This document shows, piece by piece, positions 1-9,038 of a stretch of DNA of 33,520 bases. The DNA comes from Nitrososphaera sp. (GTDB lineage: Archaea; Thermoproteota; Nitrososphaeria; Nitrososphaerales; Nitrososphaeraceae): the NCBI GenBank assembly GCA_035279085.1, contig DATEIL010000300.1, positions 1-33,520 on the forward strand. The letters are read 5' to 3'. A model generated the notes under the pieces. That model was not told the origin of the DNA and did not search any database. It saw only the letters and a list, made by a program, of their open reading frames with translations. Each line of letters opens with the position of its first letter. Within the stretch, counting starts at the first letter, position 1. Made by a program: the position numbers and the translations under genes.

Positions 1-1656
1 CCCGACGTTTCATTCGGTTGCGAAACAACTACCTTGACTGCAACTTCTCAGGAAATGTCATCGTCAAGTGCTGAGGCTACACCGTCAATCGATGCACAGG
101 GCACAATCACCAGGCATTACCCCGTGAGAGGCAATTTTGAAATGGGAGATTTGGGGATAGCGGCTGACACAGACCCATGCGCTGCGCCAACTATTGTGGG
201 CACTGCAGGCCAATCAAAAGTAGTCGGTACTGCTAACGATGATGTTATCGATGCAAGGGCACGCACTCAAGGAGTAATAGTTACAGGCTTGGGTGGGAAC
301 GACATCATATGTACGGGTCTAGGACCTGACAAGGTCTATGGCGGCGACGGCGACGACTCACTTTACACTGGCGGAGGAAACGATGCAGTGTTTGGAAACG
401 CAGGCGCTGATACAGTTTTTGCAGAAGAAGGAAATGACATGATTTATGGCGACGACGGAAACGACGTATTGTCTGCCGGCCTTGGCGACGACTACATCAA
501 TGGCGGCAAAGACGATGACACCATAATGGGCGACGAGGGACACGACACAATAAGAGGCTCAGCTGACGACGATGTTATCTTTGGCGGCGCTGACCATGAT
601 TTGATGATAGGAGACGCTGGATCGGACGACATGTTTGGCGGCGACGGCGACGACATCATGACCGGCTCTGCAGGCAACGACGAACTCCACGGTGAAGATG
701 GCAACGACGTCATGCTAGGTGAGGCAGGATTGGATAGTATGGATGGCGGGCCCGGCGATGACGCCAGTGTAGGTGGAATCGGCGACGACTCGGTATTCGA
801 CTTGGATGGTGTAGTTGACAACGATATACTGGACGGCGGCGGCCACACACTGGGCGACACTTGCCAGTCAGAAGGCGACGCTCAGTACAACTGTGAACTG
901 ACAGAAACAGTGCCGGAAGAACCTTGCGCAGACCCAACAATTGACGAAAGCGGCACAACCAATGTCGCAATCACCGGAACAGCAGGAGATGATGTCATAC
1001 TTGGCAACAGTCTGGGCAATTCCATAGACGGCCTTGGCGGAAATGACGTCATATGCGGAGCAGGTGGAGACGATTCAATCACCGGCGGCGACGGCAATGA
1101 TTTGCTGTTTGGCGACGACGGCAAAGATACAGTTAACGGCGGCCCAGGTAAAGACTATATCAACGGCGGCAGCAATGACGACAAACTATACGGCGAAGAC
1201 GCAGTCGATTCGGTATACGGCGACGCAGGTGCTGACACAGTTGATGGTGGCGCCGGCAACGACAATGTACATGGCGGGTCAGGCAATGACGTTGTCAATG
1301 GCGGTCTGGACGACGACCGTGTTTATGGTGATGGAGGAAGCGACCAACTATTCGGCGATGCAGGCGTCGACGAGGTATTTGGTCAAGACGGAGATGACAC
1401 CATCCACGGCGGCGACGGCGACGACAGAACCTACGGCAAAGATGGTAGTGATATCATCTTCGGCGACGATGGCAACGACAGACTGTTTGGCGACGGACCG
1501 GGAGATGTAGGTAACGACCAGCTCTTCGGTGGACCGGGTGACGACACAGCCGTACACGTGATAGATGGCGTGGTTGGCAACGACAAGGCCGATGGCGGAA
1601 CTGGTATAGACCACTGCAGCAGTGACCCCGACCCCGTAATCAACTGTGAAGGGTAA
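1..1656 (+). CDS. Hemolysin-type/RTX calcium-binding repeat protein, paralog 1 (5' end lies outside the window)
   Basis: Dozens of GGxGxD nonapeptide repeats. The frame is open from base 1 (PDVSFGCET..., matching DPDATLGCET in paralog 3), so the TTG at 34 is not the true start. Confidence 0.9.
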   Translation, partial: PDVSFGCETTTLTATSQEMSSSSAEATPSIDAQGTITRHYPVRGNFEMGDLGIAADTDPCAAPTIVGTAGQSKVVGTANDDVIDARARTQGVIVTGLGGNDIICTGLGPDKVYGGDGDDSLYTGGGNDAVFGNAGADTVFAEEGNDMIYGDDGNDVLSAGLGDDYINGGKDDDTIMGDEGHDTIRGSADDDVIFGGADHDLMIGDAGSDDMFGGDGDDIMTGSAGNDELHGEDGNDVMLGEAGLDSMDGGPGDDASVGGIGDDSVFDLDGVVDNDILDGGGHTLGDTCQSEGDAQYNCELTETVPEEPCADPTIDESGTTNVAITGTAGDDVILGNSLGNSIDGLGGNDVICGAGGDDSITGGDGNDLLFGDDGKDTVNGGPGKDYINGGSNDDKLYGEDAVDSVYGDAGADTVDGGAGNDNVHGGSGNDVVNGGLDDDRVYGDGGSDQLFGDAGVDEVFGQDGDDTIHGGDGDDRTYGKDGSDIIFGDDGNDRLFGDGPGDVGNDQLFGGPGDDTAVHVIDGVVGNDKADGGTGIDHCSSDPDPVINCEG

Positions 1657-1692
1657 ATCCCTCACAGGACGTCCTCTTTTTCTTTTTTTTGT
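1644..1692 (+). terminator. Stem-loop over the stop codon followed by a poly-T tract
   Basis: CTGTGAAGGG-TAAAT-CCCTCACAG, then TCTTTTTCTTTTTTTT. Confidence 0.55.
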
Positions 1693-2336
1693 CAAGACCA
1701 AGTTCTGCTTTTTTTGTCTATTGTTATCTGTTAAAGAATTGATGCTATATTCGCTGTCGAGAGTGTAGGCGCATCAAAAGACAGGCAGCGCACTTGCCGC
1801 AAATACAACTTAGGCGTGGGAGGAATTCCATGGCAGTGTAATGACTTGCAATAATCGGCACTATCCTCCGCTCCCAAGAGATCTGGTTCTAGATAGATAG
1901 CGTCGATTCATTGGCTCACATCTAATCGTGTTGAGTCAGGGTGCATCCATTTACTTATCGACTCCAATCTGGGTTGACCTCAAAACAACGAATTGTCGCT
2001 GCTCCTCAATCTTCTTTTCTACTCTCAAAAGGACGACCCCGCAGGACGACATGGCCACCGCCTGATCTCTTGAACAAATTCGGTTGCCTCGCTTGCATAT
2101 CATGAAAAAAGGTTAGGCTGATCTGACGAATCACAAGAGTCATAATTTGGTACTGTACGGTGGATCCTATGCGTGCCCGGTCGCGCTGCCCACATATAGG
2201 TGAAAAAAATAATTTGAGCAAAAGCATTCCTTCTCCTGTCGGTATTAGATGAAATAAGGGCTTCGCGTCGGCCGCAGGTGCACGTCCGCATGTTAAAACC
2301 CATGAAAACAGGAGAATGGCCAGGTACTTGCGTAGT

Positions 2337-2380
2337 ATGACACAATGACATGTGTTGCATGACACAATGACATGTGTTGC
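2337..2380. repeat. Perfect 22-bp tandem duplication
   Basis: ATGACACAATGACATGTGTTGC twice (2337-2358, 2359-2380). Confidence 0.95.
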
Positions 2381-3007
2381 GGGCTGGAATGATAGTTCTG
2401 CGCGCAAATAATTCTTGAACTCCTGAAATCAGAAAACGTGGGGTTCAGCTCCCGGTTGTTATGGCATTTCCGGAATTCAACCGGGACATCACGGGAAATG
2501 CGGAGAAATGGTCATTCCCAACAATGCTGGAGAAAAAAAGGTCACACCCTCTTCAATTACCTCATTTCTCTCCCTTTTTCCATTTTTTCTTTCTTCAGCA
2601 ATCTTGTCATCTCACCTCTCCGGTCGCTTTTATATGATCAGTAGCGCGAACGTTGCGCAATGATTCTGACCGTGATGATAATTGATTGTTATGATGCGCA
2701 GCCGCGACTGCCGACGAAGCATTGCGGAGATACGTGACAAGAATATCGAGACATGCCTCTCTCGTATCGGTAGCAGGCTTGGCAATGCCGCTTGAAATGC
2801 CAATCGTTTCCTTTGCTCTGCCATGCAAGTGTGTGTGGCATCACCGCAATCATAACTACGATCTAGTAGTAGTGTCATGGCCATTGGTTTAGCCGTGCCA
2901 GGGCAAAATTGTCTTGATTGACGACGAAGATTGTAGCCTAGTTATTCTATCTGATCAATCTGCTGCAACAATTGTTAGAGTATACCGACCCCCGCAACTA
3001 CACAGAA

Positions 3008-3016
3008 CTTTTTTAG
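3008..3016 (+). promoter_or_regulatory. Putative TATA-like box of RTX paralog 2
   Basis: CTTTTTTAG 26-34 nt upstream of ATG 3042. The same motif with the same spacing precedes paralog 3. Confidence 0.5.
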
Positions 3017-3041
3017 TTCTTTTCAAAAAAATTATAGTACA

Positions 3042-5471
3042 ATGAAATTTGCAATTCTTGCATTGCTAGCAGCAGTTCTAGCAACAACGGTGCAGATACC
3101 TCCTCTATCGAGTGCACAATCTGACCCGTGTGCGAGTCCCACAATCGACAAGAGCGGGACTTCACAGGTCAAGATATTTGGAACCACGGGAGACGACATT
3201 ATCAAAGCCAACGATCTGGACAACATGATCTATGGCAAGGGCGGCGACGATATCATCTGCGCGGGAACGGGCAACGATTACATCAATGCCTCAAGCGGAG
3301 ATGACGAAATGTATGGTGAGGATGGCAATGACGTAATTTATGGCGGCGACGGCGACGATTATGCCGAAGGCGGCCTCGGCCATGACATTATCTTCACCGG
3401 CTTTGGCGGAGATGTTGTTTTCGGACAGGAAGACGTTGACGTAGTATATGCAGGAGACAGCTCGCATGAAGTAGGAGAGCAGCCATTTGACACAGTCTTT
3501 GGCGGCGACGGCGGCGATTATCTTAACGGCGGCGACGGCGACGACTTTATCCATGGCGAGCAAGGAGACGACATCCTGAGAGCCGGAGCTGGCAACAATG
3601 AGCTAAATGGCGATACAGGCGACGACTGGATGGATGGCGGACGAAATGATGACAAACTCAACGGCGGCGACGGCGCGGACATGATGTTTGGCGCCTCATT
3701 TGACGACGAGCTCGATAGCAGAGACGGAGTGATGAACAACGACTTTGTGCATGGTGCAGCTGGATCAGACGAGTGTTTCACCGACCCAGATACAGCACTT
3801 GGATGCGAATCCGTATCTATTGCTGCAGCAATGGCCGATCAGACAACAACAATGAGCGAAGTTAGCACTGCCGCCGCTGCTGCGACTCCGATGCTTTCTA
3901 CAGGGTCACCACCAGCAACTGGCCGGGGCCATCCAGTGCAAGGTAACGTGGCCATGTCCGACCTCTCGGTAATGGCAGATGCAGACCCATGTGCGAATCC
4001 AACAATTATGGGTACCATAAAGTCGGAAAAGATTGAAGGCACCGCCAGCGCCGACATCATTGACGCAAGGCAGGGCGGCAACGACCGCATATACGGCCGT
4101 GGCGGCGACGACATCATTTGCGCAGGTTCCGGGTTTGACAGAATCTATGGTGATGCCGGAGACGACATACTCTACGCAGGTGCAGGCAATGACGTAGTAT
4201 ATGGAAGCGACGGTGCTGACAACATCTTTGGCGAGGACGGAAACGACGTAATCCAGGGCCAGGAAAATAGTGAAGGAACAGAATCGCTCTCAGGTGGCCC
4301 CGGTGAGGATTATATCAATGGCGGAGGCGGCGACGATACCATCAATGGCGACGATGATAATGACAGGGTAAGGGCAGGCTCTGGCAACGACGTGATCTTC
4401 CTCGGAGCGGGAGACGACTGGGCTGAAGGTGGATCAGGCGGCGACGATATGTTCGGCGGCGACGGCAATGACATCATGACCGGCTCTGCCGGGAGCGACG
4501 AGCTTAACGGCGACAATGACAACGACTTCCTGCTGGGTGAAGCCGGCACGGACAGCCTGGACGGAGGCTCGGGAGACGACATGCTCAGCGGCGGCCCCAG
4601 CGACGATTCGCTCGTTGACCAAGACGGAGCAACCGGAAACGACGTAATTGATGGCGGCAGCGAAAACCTAGGTGATTCCTGTGCCACAAGCCCGGATATC
4701 GAATTTGAATGCGAATTGACCGAGACCTTGCCAGACGAACCTTGTGCGGATCCAACGATCGTTGGGACAGAATCTGGCGAAACAATTGATGGCACTTCAG
4801 GCGCAGACATCATTGATGCCAAGGGCGGCGACGACACCGTAAACGGCTTGGGCGGCGACGACATCATCTGCGGCGGAGTTGGCTCAGACACCATTAACGG
4901 CGGCGACGGCAACGACTTGTTGTTCGGAGACCTTGACGATGACACCATCAATGGCGGGGTCGGAAATGACTACATAACAGGCGGCGCAGGAAACGACGAT
5001 GTCGATGGAGAAGGTGGCGCCGATCAAGTATACGGTGACGCCAACGACGATACTGTAGAAGGCGGAACAGGGGCAGACAGCGTCTTTGGCGGAGGAGGAG
5101 CAGACATAGTCAGAGGCGGCCCTGACAACGACAGGGTATATGGCGCGACAGGCAACGACGAGCTGTATGGTGACGATGGAGACGACAAGCTCTTGGCAGC
5201 TGAAGGCACAGACGAGCTCCACGGCGGTCTGGGCGACGACTCTATCTACGGTAAGGACGGAAGCGACATGCTGTATGGTGACGACGGCAACGACAGACTG
5301 TTTGGCGACGGACCGGGAGATGTAGGTAACGACCAGCTCTTCGGTGGACCGGGCGACGACACGGCTGTTAACACCATCGACGGGGTAATCGGCAACGACT
5401 CTGCAGACGGCGGAGCAGGTTTCGACCACTGCAGCAGTGACCCCGACCCTGTAACCAACTGTGAGAGCTAG
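3042..5471 (+). CDS. Secreted hemolysin-type/RTX calcium-binding repeat protein, paralog 2 (809 aa)
   Basis: Signal-peptide-like MKFAILALLAAVLATTVQIP; GGxGxD repeats; three 4-Cys modules. Confidence 0.92.
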   Translation: MKFAILALLAAVLATTVQIPPLSSAQSDPCASPTIDKSGTSQVKIFGTTGDDIIKANDLDNMIYGKGGDDIICAGTGNDYINASSGDDEMYGEDGNDVIYGGDGDDYAEGGLGHDIIFTGFGGDVVFGQEDVDVVYAGDSSHEVGEQPFDTVFGGDGGDYLNGGDGDDFIHGEQGDDILRAGAGNNELNGDTGDDWMDGGRNDDKLNGGDGADMMFGASFDDELDSRDGVMNNDFVHGAAGSDECFTDPDTALGCESVSIAAAMADQTTTMSEVSTAAAAATPMLSTGSPPATGRGHPVQGNVAMSDLSVMADADPCANPTIMGTIKSEKIEGTASADIIDARQGGNDRIYGRGGDDIICAGSGFDRIYGDAGDDILYAGAGNDVVYGSDGADNIFGEDGNDVIQGQENSEGTESLSGGPGEDYINGGGGDDTINGDDDNDRVRAGSGNDVIFLGAGDDWAEGGSGGDDMFGGDGNDIMTGSAGSDELNGDNDNDFLLGEAGTDSLDGGSGDDMLSGGPSDDSLVDQDGATGNDVIDGGSENLGDSCATSPDIEFECELTETLPDEPCADPTIVGTESGETIDGTSGADIIDAKGGDDTVNGLGGDDIICGGVGSDTINGGDGNDLLFGDLDDDTINGGVGNDYITGGAGNDDVDGEGGADQVYGDANDDTVEGGTGADSVFGGGGADIVRGGPDNDRVYGATGNDELYGDDGDDKLLAAEGTDELHGGLGDDSIYGKDGSDMLYGDDGNDRLFGDGPGDVGNDQLFGGPGDDTAVNTIDGVIGNDSADGGAGFDHCSSDPDPVTNCES

Positions 5472-5550
5472 AAAAGAACGGGCACACACCCACTCTCTTT
5501 CTCTCACAGGGTCCGTCCACCCTCTCCTTCTTTTCTTTTTTCCTTTTGTT
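5459..5550 (+). terminator. Stem over the stop codon plus a pyrimidine/poly-T tract
   Basis: CTGTGAGAG (5459-5467) pairs with CTCTCACAG (5501-5509), followed by TTCTTTTCTTTTTTCCTTTT. Confidence 0.55.
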
Positions 5551-6151
5551 GAAATTAGATCATGATGCCTGGGCGATCTGTCACTCTTGGAAACGACAAG
5601 TTGTCCATTGAAAAAAAGTCATGATTGGAGGACACATTTTTCCATTCAAGCTGCTTTCTAGACTGGCTTGGCCCTCCCCTCAAGAAGCCAAGTTCTGCTG
5701 CCCTTCATGCGGGCAGAAGTAATAGGCGCGCAAGTGACTTTGCTCTGAATGTGCATATATCCTTAATTTTCCGATGCCCCTCACATCCACATGCATTTTT
5801 CTAAAATTTTTGCGCAAACGAGGGCGGTACTCTCTAACGCTAGAATCCAAAGAACCGGAACCCTGTTCGCCTTCATGGGCTTTTGATCCGAAATGAATGT
5901 ACAGCAGACAAGAGCTTGCGACTTCCAATATTGCACGCGCGAGAGCATTCGTATTTGACAAAATAGGGTTATGATTTTCCCAACAAGAATGTGCAGAGAG
6001 AGCGAGGCTGCCGTCTATGCCTGGCCAAAGCTGCCCAAATGTGCCGCGGCTACGCTCAAGAAACATCAGGAGATGGAGAGAGATATCCTCTCGCATCCTG
6101 CTAGCCCAAAATAAAAATCCTATGTCCAGATTTTTGCTCTGGTTCTGTCGA

Positions 6152-6883
6152 TTACGCTTCGCCGTACTGCTCAAGCAGTTTCTGGGCATCGTCAAGTGAT
6201 ATCGCCGCATCGTAATATTGTTCAGAATCAAGCTGTGACTTTGCCTTCTTGGCAAGGTCTGAAGCCTGCTGTATCATCGCCTTTGACTCTTGGATCTGCG
6301 TGGCATTCATGTAGCTGACGCCCAGTTCAGGGTCGGCTTCACCTTCCTCCTGCTCCAGGACTTCGTCCATATAGTCTGAAGTGCTGACGAGCGTCATTTC
6401 GGCATTCTCGTATATGGCAAAAAATGCGCTGTCGCAATAGATCTCTGCATATTCGGCAAGCGATTCTTTGAGCATGTCATCTGCGCCTCTTCCGGAGGAA
6501 ATATCACAGGCGTATGCTGTAAGGCCCACTCCGGGGCTAATCATTGCACTCATCTCCTGAACCAGCGCAGATCTCTGGCAATATTCACTCACAAGCTTGT
6601 CTCCCGCAGCTATTCTGGTCTCATCTGTTCCTGTGCCGTCGCTGTATACTACGATGTTGGTAATGCTACCTTTGACATCCTGGCAATTCTGCGCTGACGC
6701 GGCTGGCACGATTTCTCCTCCTTCGCCGTCACCTTGGTCCTTGTCTTCGTTAATATTATTATCATCTCCTGCCCGCTCTTCACTGGGTTTTAGCGGAGAC
6801 GGAAAAGCGAAAATCGCTGCAAGGGCAATCGCTGCAGCCACTGCTATGGGTATTGCTACCACAATGATCTTTTTACTTGACAA
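6152..6883 (-). CDS. Hypothetical protein with an N-terminal membrane anchor or signal, acidic, 4 Cys
   Basis: KKIIVVAIPIAVAAAIALAAIFAF hydrophobic segment; 243-aa ORF with natural composition. Confidence 0.75.
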   Translation of the reverse strand: MSSKKIIVVAIPIAVAAAIALAAIFAFPSPLKPSEERAGDDNNINEDKDQGDGEGGEIVPAASAQNCQDVKGSITNIVVYSDGTGTDETRIAAGDKLVSEYCQRSALVQEMSAMISPGVGLTAYACDISSGRGADDMLKESLAEYAEIYCDSAFFAIYENAEMTLVSTSDYMDEVLEQEEGEADPELGVSYMNATQIQESKAMIQQASDLAKKAKSQLDSEQYYDAAISLDDAQKLLEQYGEA

Positions 6884-6997
6884 TCTCTGTCTGGGAACTT
6901 TTTTCTCGTATATGAATAATGTGCACTCCAGACATGGAACATGTAATCCGGAAAATTAATGAAAATAAGGAAAAAGAAGAGAGAAAGATAGGGGGAC

Positions 6998-7309
6998 TTA
7001 ACCAAAGAGCGAAGATAGCCCTTCGAGAGCTTCTTCCTCTTTCTTTTCGTCCTTCTTTTCCTCTTCTGCCTTTGCCGCCGCTCCGCCAGCTGCTGGCGCT
7101 GCGCCTCCTGCTGCAGGTGCCGCCGCCATTGCGACTGGAGCTGCCTTCAAGGCTTCCTCAATGTTGACTTCGCTCAGAGCCGCCACTAGGGCCTTCACTC
7201 TAACGTCATCTGGTGTAACACCTGCTGCCTTTACAACGTTCTTAACGCCATCTTCTGTGATATCCTGCTTTAACTTGTGAAGCAGTAATGCCGCATATAC
7301 GTACTCCAT
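6998..7309 (-). CDS. rpl12: 50S ribosomal protein L12 (archaeal stalk protein P1)
   Basis: [12 protein letters not shown]-terminus, Ala/Gly hinge, acidic [14 protein letters not shown]-terminus. The likely start is ATG 7309. Confidence 0.97.
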   Translation of the reverse strand: MEYVYAALLLHKLKQDITEDGVKNVVKAAGVTPDDVRVKALVAALSEVNIEEALKAAPVAMAAAPAAGGAAPAAGGAAAKAEEEKKDEKKEEEALEGLSSLFG

Positions 7310-7343
7310 AGTGGATTGCATCCCTCGAGCACCATATTAATAC

Positions 7344-8048
7344 CTAACGCCTTTCGGCAGTCATGTAGAATCTTTTTTTCTTGTCTGGCAACCTTTCAAT
7401 TGCGTACCGGAGCATTGTCCGCGGCATCCTTGCACAATGCCGGCCGAGGAATTTTTCCAATGTAGCAGTATCTCTCTTGCCCACTTCTCTGAGCATCCAC
7501 CCTGTCGCCTTGTGAATGAGGTCATGTCTGTCGCCGAGCAGAATCTCGGCTATCCTCATTGTATCGGCAAAGTCATTCTTTCTGATAAAATACAGAGTCG
7601 TTACAATGGCGATCCTCCTTTCCCAGATATTGTCCGACCGAGCCAACTTGTAGAGCACCGACCTGTCATTGACAGCCAGGTGTGCGCCTAATATGCAAGG
7701 TGCACTGAGGTCCACTAGGTCCCAGTTGTTGACGCGCTGCAAGTTCCGCAGGTAGAATTCGACGACTCCCTTTTCACCCGCATCGTATTTGTGAACAAGT
7801 ATCAGCAAGCCCACGAGCCGCTCCTCGTGATACTGGGAGCGCAAAAGTTCGCTCACGGTATCAAGTCCAACTGAACCGTGCACCTTCGCTACCCTTCTTG
7901 ACTGTGGAACGGTAACTCCTAGGAATACGTCGCCCTCGCCGTACTGGCCCGGACGCGTCTTGAAAAAACGCTGGAGCACTGGGACCTTTGCGTCGTCCGC
8001 TGCCGCCCTTAGGTCCGCTCTGATCCTTTCAATGGCGCGAGTGTTCAT
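7344..8048 (-). CDS. DNA alkylation repair protein (AlkD-like HEAT-repeat family)
   Basis: GQYGEGDVFLGV, NNWDLVD, IWERRIAIV, HKATGWMLREVGKR and MPRTMLRYAIE motifs. The start was moved to MNTRA at 8048 because the longer ORF runs into the tRNA. Confidence 0.88.
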   Translation of the reverse strand: MNTRAIERIRADLRAAADDAKVPVLQRFFKTRPGQYGEGDVFLGVTVPQSRRVAKVHGSVGLDTVSELLRSQYHEERLVGLLILVHKYDAGEKGVVEFYLRNLQRVNNWDLVDLSAPCILGAHLAVNDRSVLYKLARSDNIWERRIAIVTTLYFIRKNDFADTMRIAEILLGDRHDLIHKATGWMLREVGKRDTATLEKFLGRHCARMPRTMLRYAIERLPDKKKRFYMTAERR

Positions 8049-8084
8049 ATGATGATTACTATTATTCTGGTGATGGTGAATGAG

Positions 8085-8181
8085 TGGACCGGGTGGGATT
8101 CGAACCCACGACCACCTACGTCTCCTCTGCCTGTGGAAAGGCATGCAAGGCAGGTATTCTACCGGACTAAACTACCGGCCC
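8085..8181 (-). tRNA. tRNA-Ala(TGC) with a 23-nt anticodon-loop intron (about 8121-8143)
   Basis: GGGCCGG/CCGGTCC acceptor stem; GTGGG-TTCGAAT-CCCAC T arm; anticodon arm CCTGC-CT TGC A[intron]C-GTAGG; TTTAAA box at 8209-8214. Confidence 0.93.
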
Positions 8182-8436
8182 ACGAAGTGATAGCCGAGAT
8201 TTTGACAATTTAAACCTACAGTTAATACGAATGCTTTTCGACTTTGTGCTGACGGAGGTATTTCCAGGCCGCAAACACCTTGCCACATTTCTCGCAAGAA
8301 TATCTCGTGTGCCTGGTCGCACTTGGGCTGACATCATTTTCCTGCTCGACTGTGTTGTATCGAACAAGCCTCTTTGAAACCCTGACCAAGCGAAATGCCG
8401 GATATTGGAGGCTCTATATTGACGTTTGTCCGGATT

Positions 8437-8765
8437 CTAATCGAGACCTTCTGGCATGCCTTTGACCTTCATCCTTTCTCTGCGCATGCGCAGAGATATG
8501 TATCTCCAAATGATATCAGCCTTGTCTGATTGAAAGTCCCAAGGGGCAATGAGCACCAAGTCATTGTCCCTTATCATCCACATCCTTCTCTTTATCTTGC
8601 CACGTATCCTGCAAGTGCATATACCTTGCCATCTGTGCATTTGACAGTCATGATGACATTGTCGCCCCCTACCAGCTTGATGACTCGGCCAGGCATCTCG
8701 CCTTCTTACAGTTTGACCGTTTCTTTCAACTATGATTCTGATATTATATCTTCTTCTTGCCTACT
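8437..8765 (-). pseudogene. eif1a: Degraded translation initiation factor aIF-1A
   Basis: GKKK..., [23 protein letters not shown] and [37 protein letters not shown] lie in different frames. In-frame TAG at 8730-8732 and TAA at 8706-8708. Confidence 0.85.
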
Positions 8766-8857
8766 TCAGATCGACCATGATTTTCATTCTTGGGTTGAAA
8801 TTATGACGATGCAGGGCCACACTTAGCTTAAATTACGCCAGCATTTCAAATTTTAAC

Positions 8858-8931
8858 GGGCCGTTAGCTCAGCTTGGTGGAGCGTTCGACTGATAATCGA
8901 AAGGTCGAGGGTTCAAATCCCTTACGGCCCA
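8858..8931 (+). tRNA. tRNA-Ile(GAT)
   Basis: GGGCCGT/ACGGCCC acceptor stem; TTCGA-CT GAT AA-TCGAA anticodon arm; GGTTCAAATCC T loop. Confidence 0.97.
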
Positions 8932-9038
8932 CTAAATTTCCAATTCGAATTTCATTCTTGCTTAAGAACTTGATTCATGTGTGAGTTATGATAAAGATTC
9001 AGATAAATAAAAAAAGAGAACGGGCTGTGAGGGGGGTT

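Noticed and set aside
2337-2380. Possible mini-CRISPR
   Set aside because: Two abutting copies with no spacer and no cas genes; this is a simple tandem duplication.
3042-5471. RTX toxin, or FrpC-like Asp-Pro self-processing suggested by the DP/DPDP motifs
   Set aside because: No pore-forming or enzymatic domain, no acyltransferase or T1SS genes, and no recognisable self-processing module.
5680-6255. 191-aa minus-strand ORF
   Set aside because: It overlaps the end of the 6152-6883 gene, has atypical composition and shows no recognisable motif. A shorter gene or relic cannot be excluded.
8049-8144. N-terminal extension of the AlkD-like ORF
   Set aside because: It runs through tRNA-Ala and a low-complexity tract; the true start is probably 8048.
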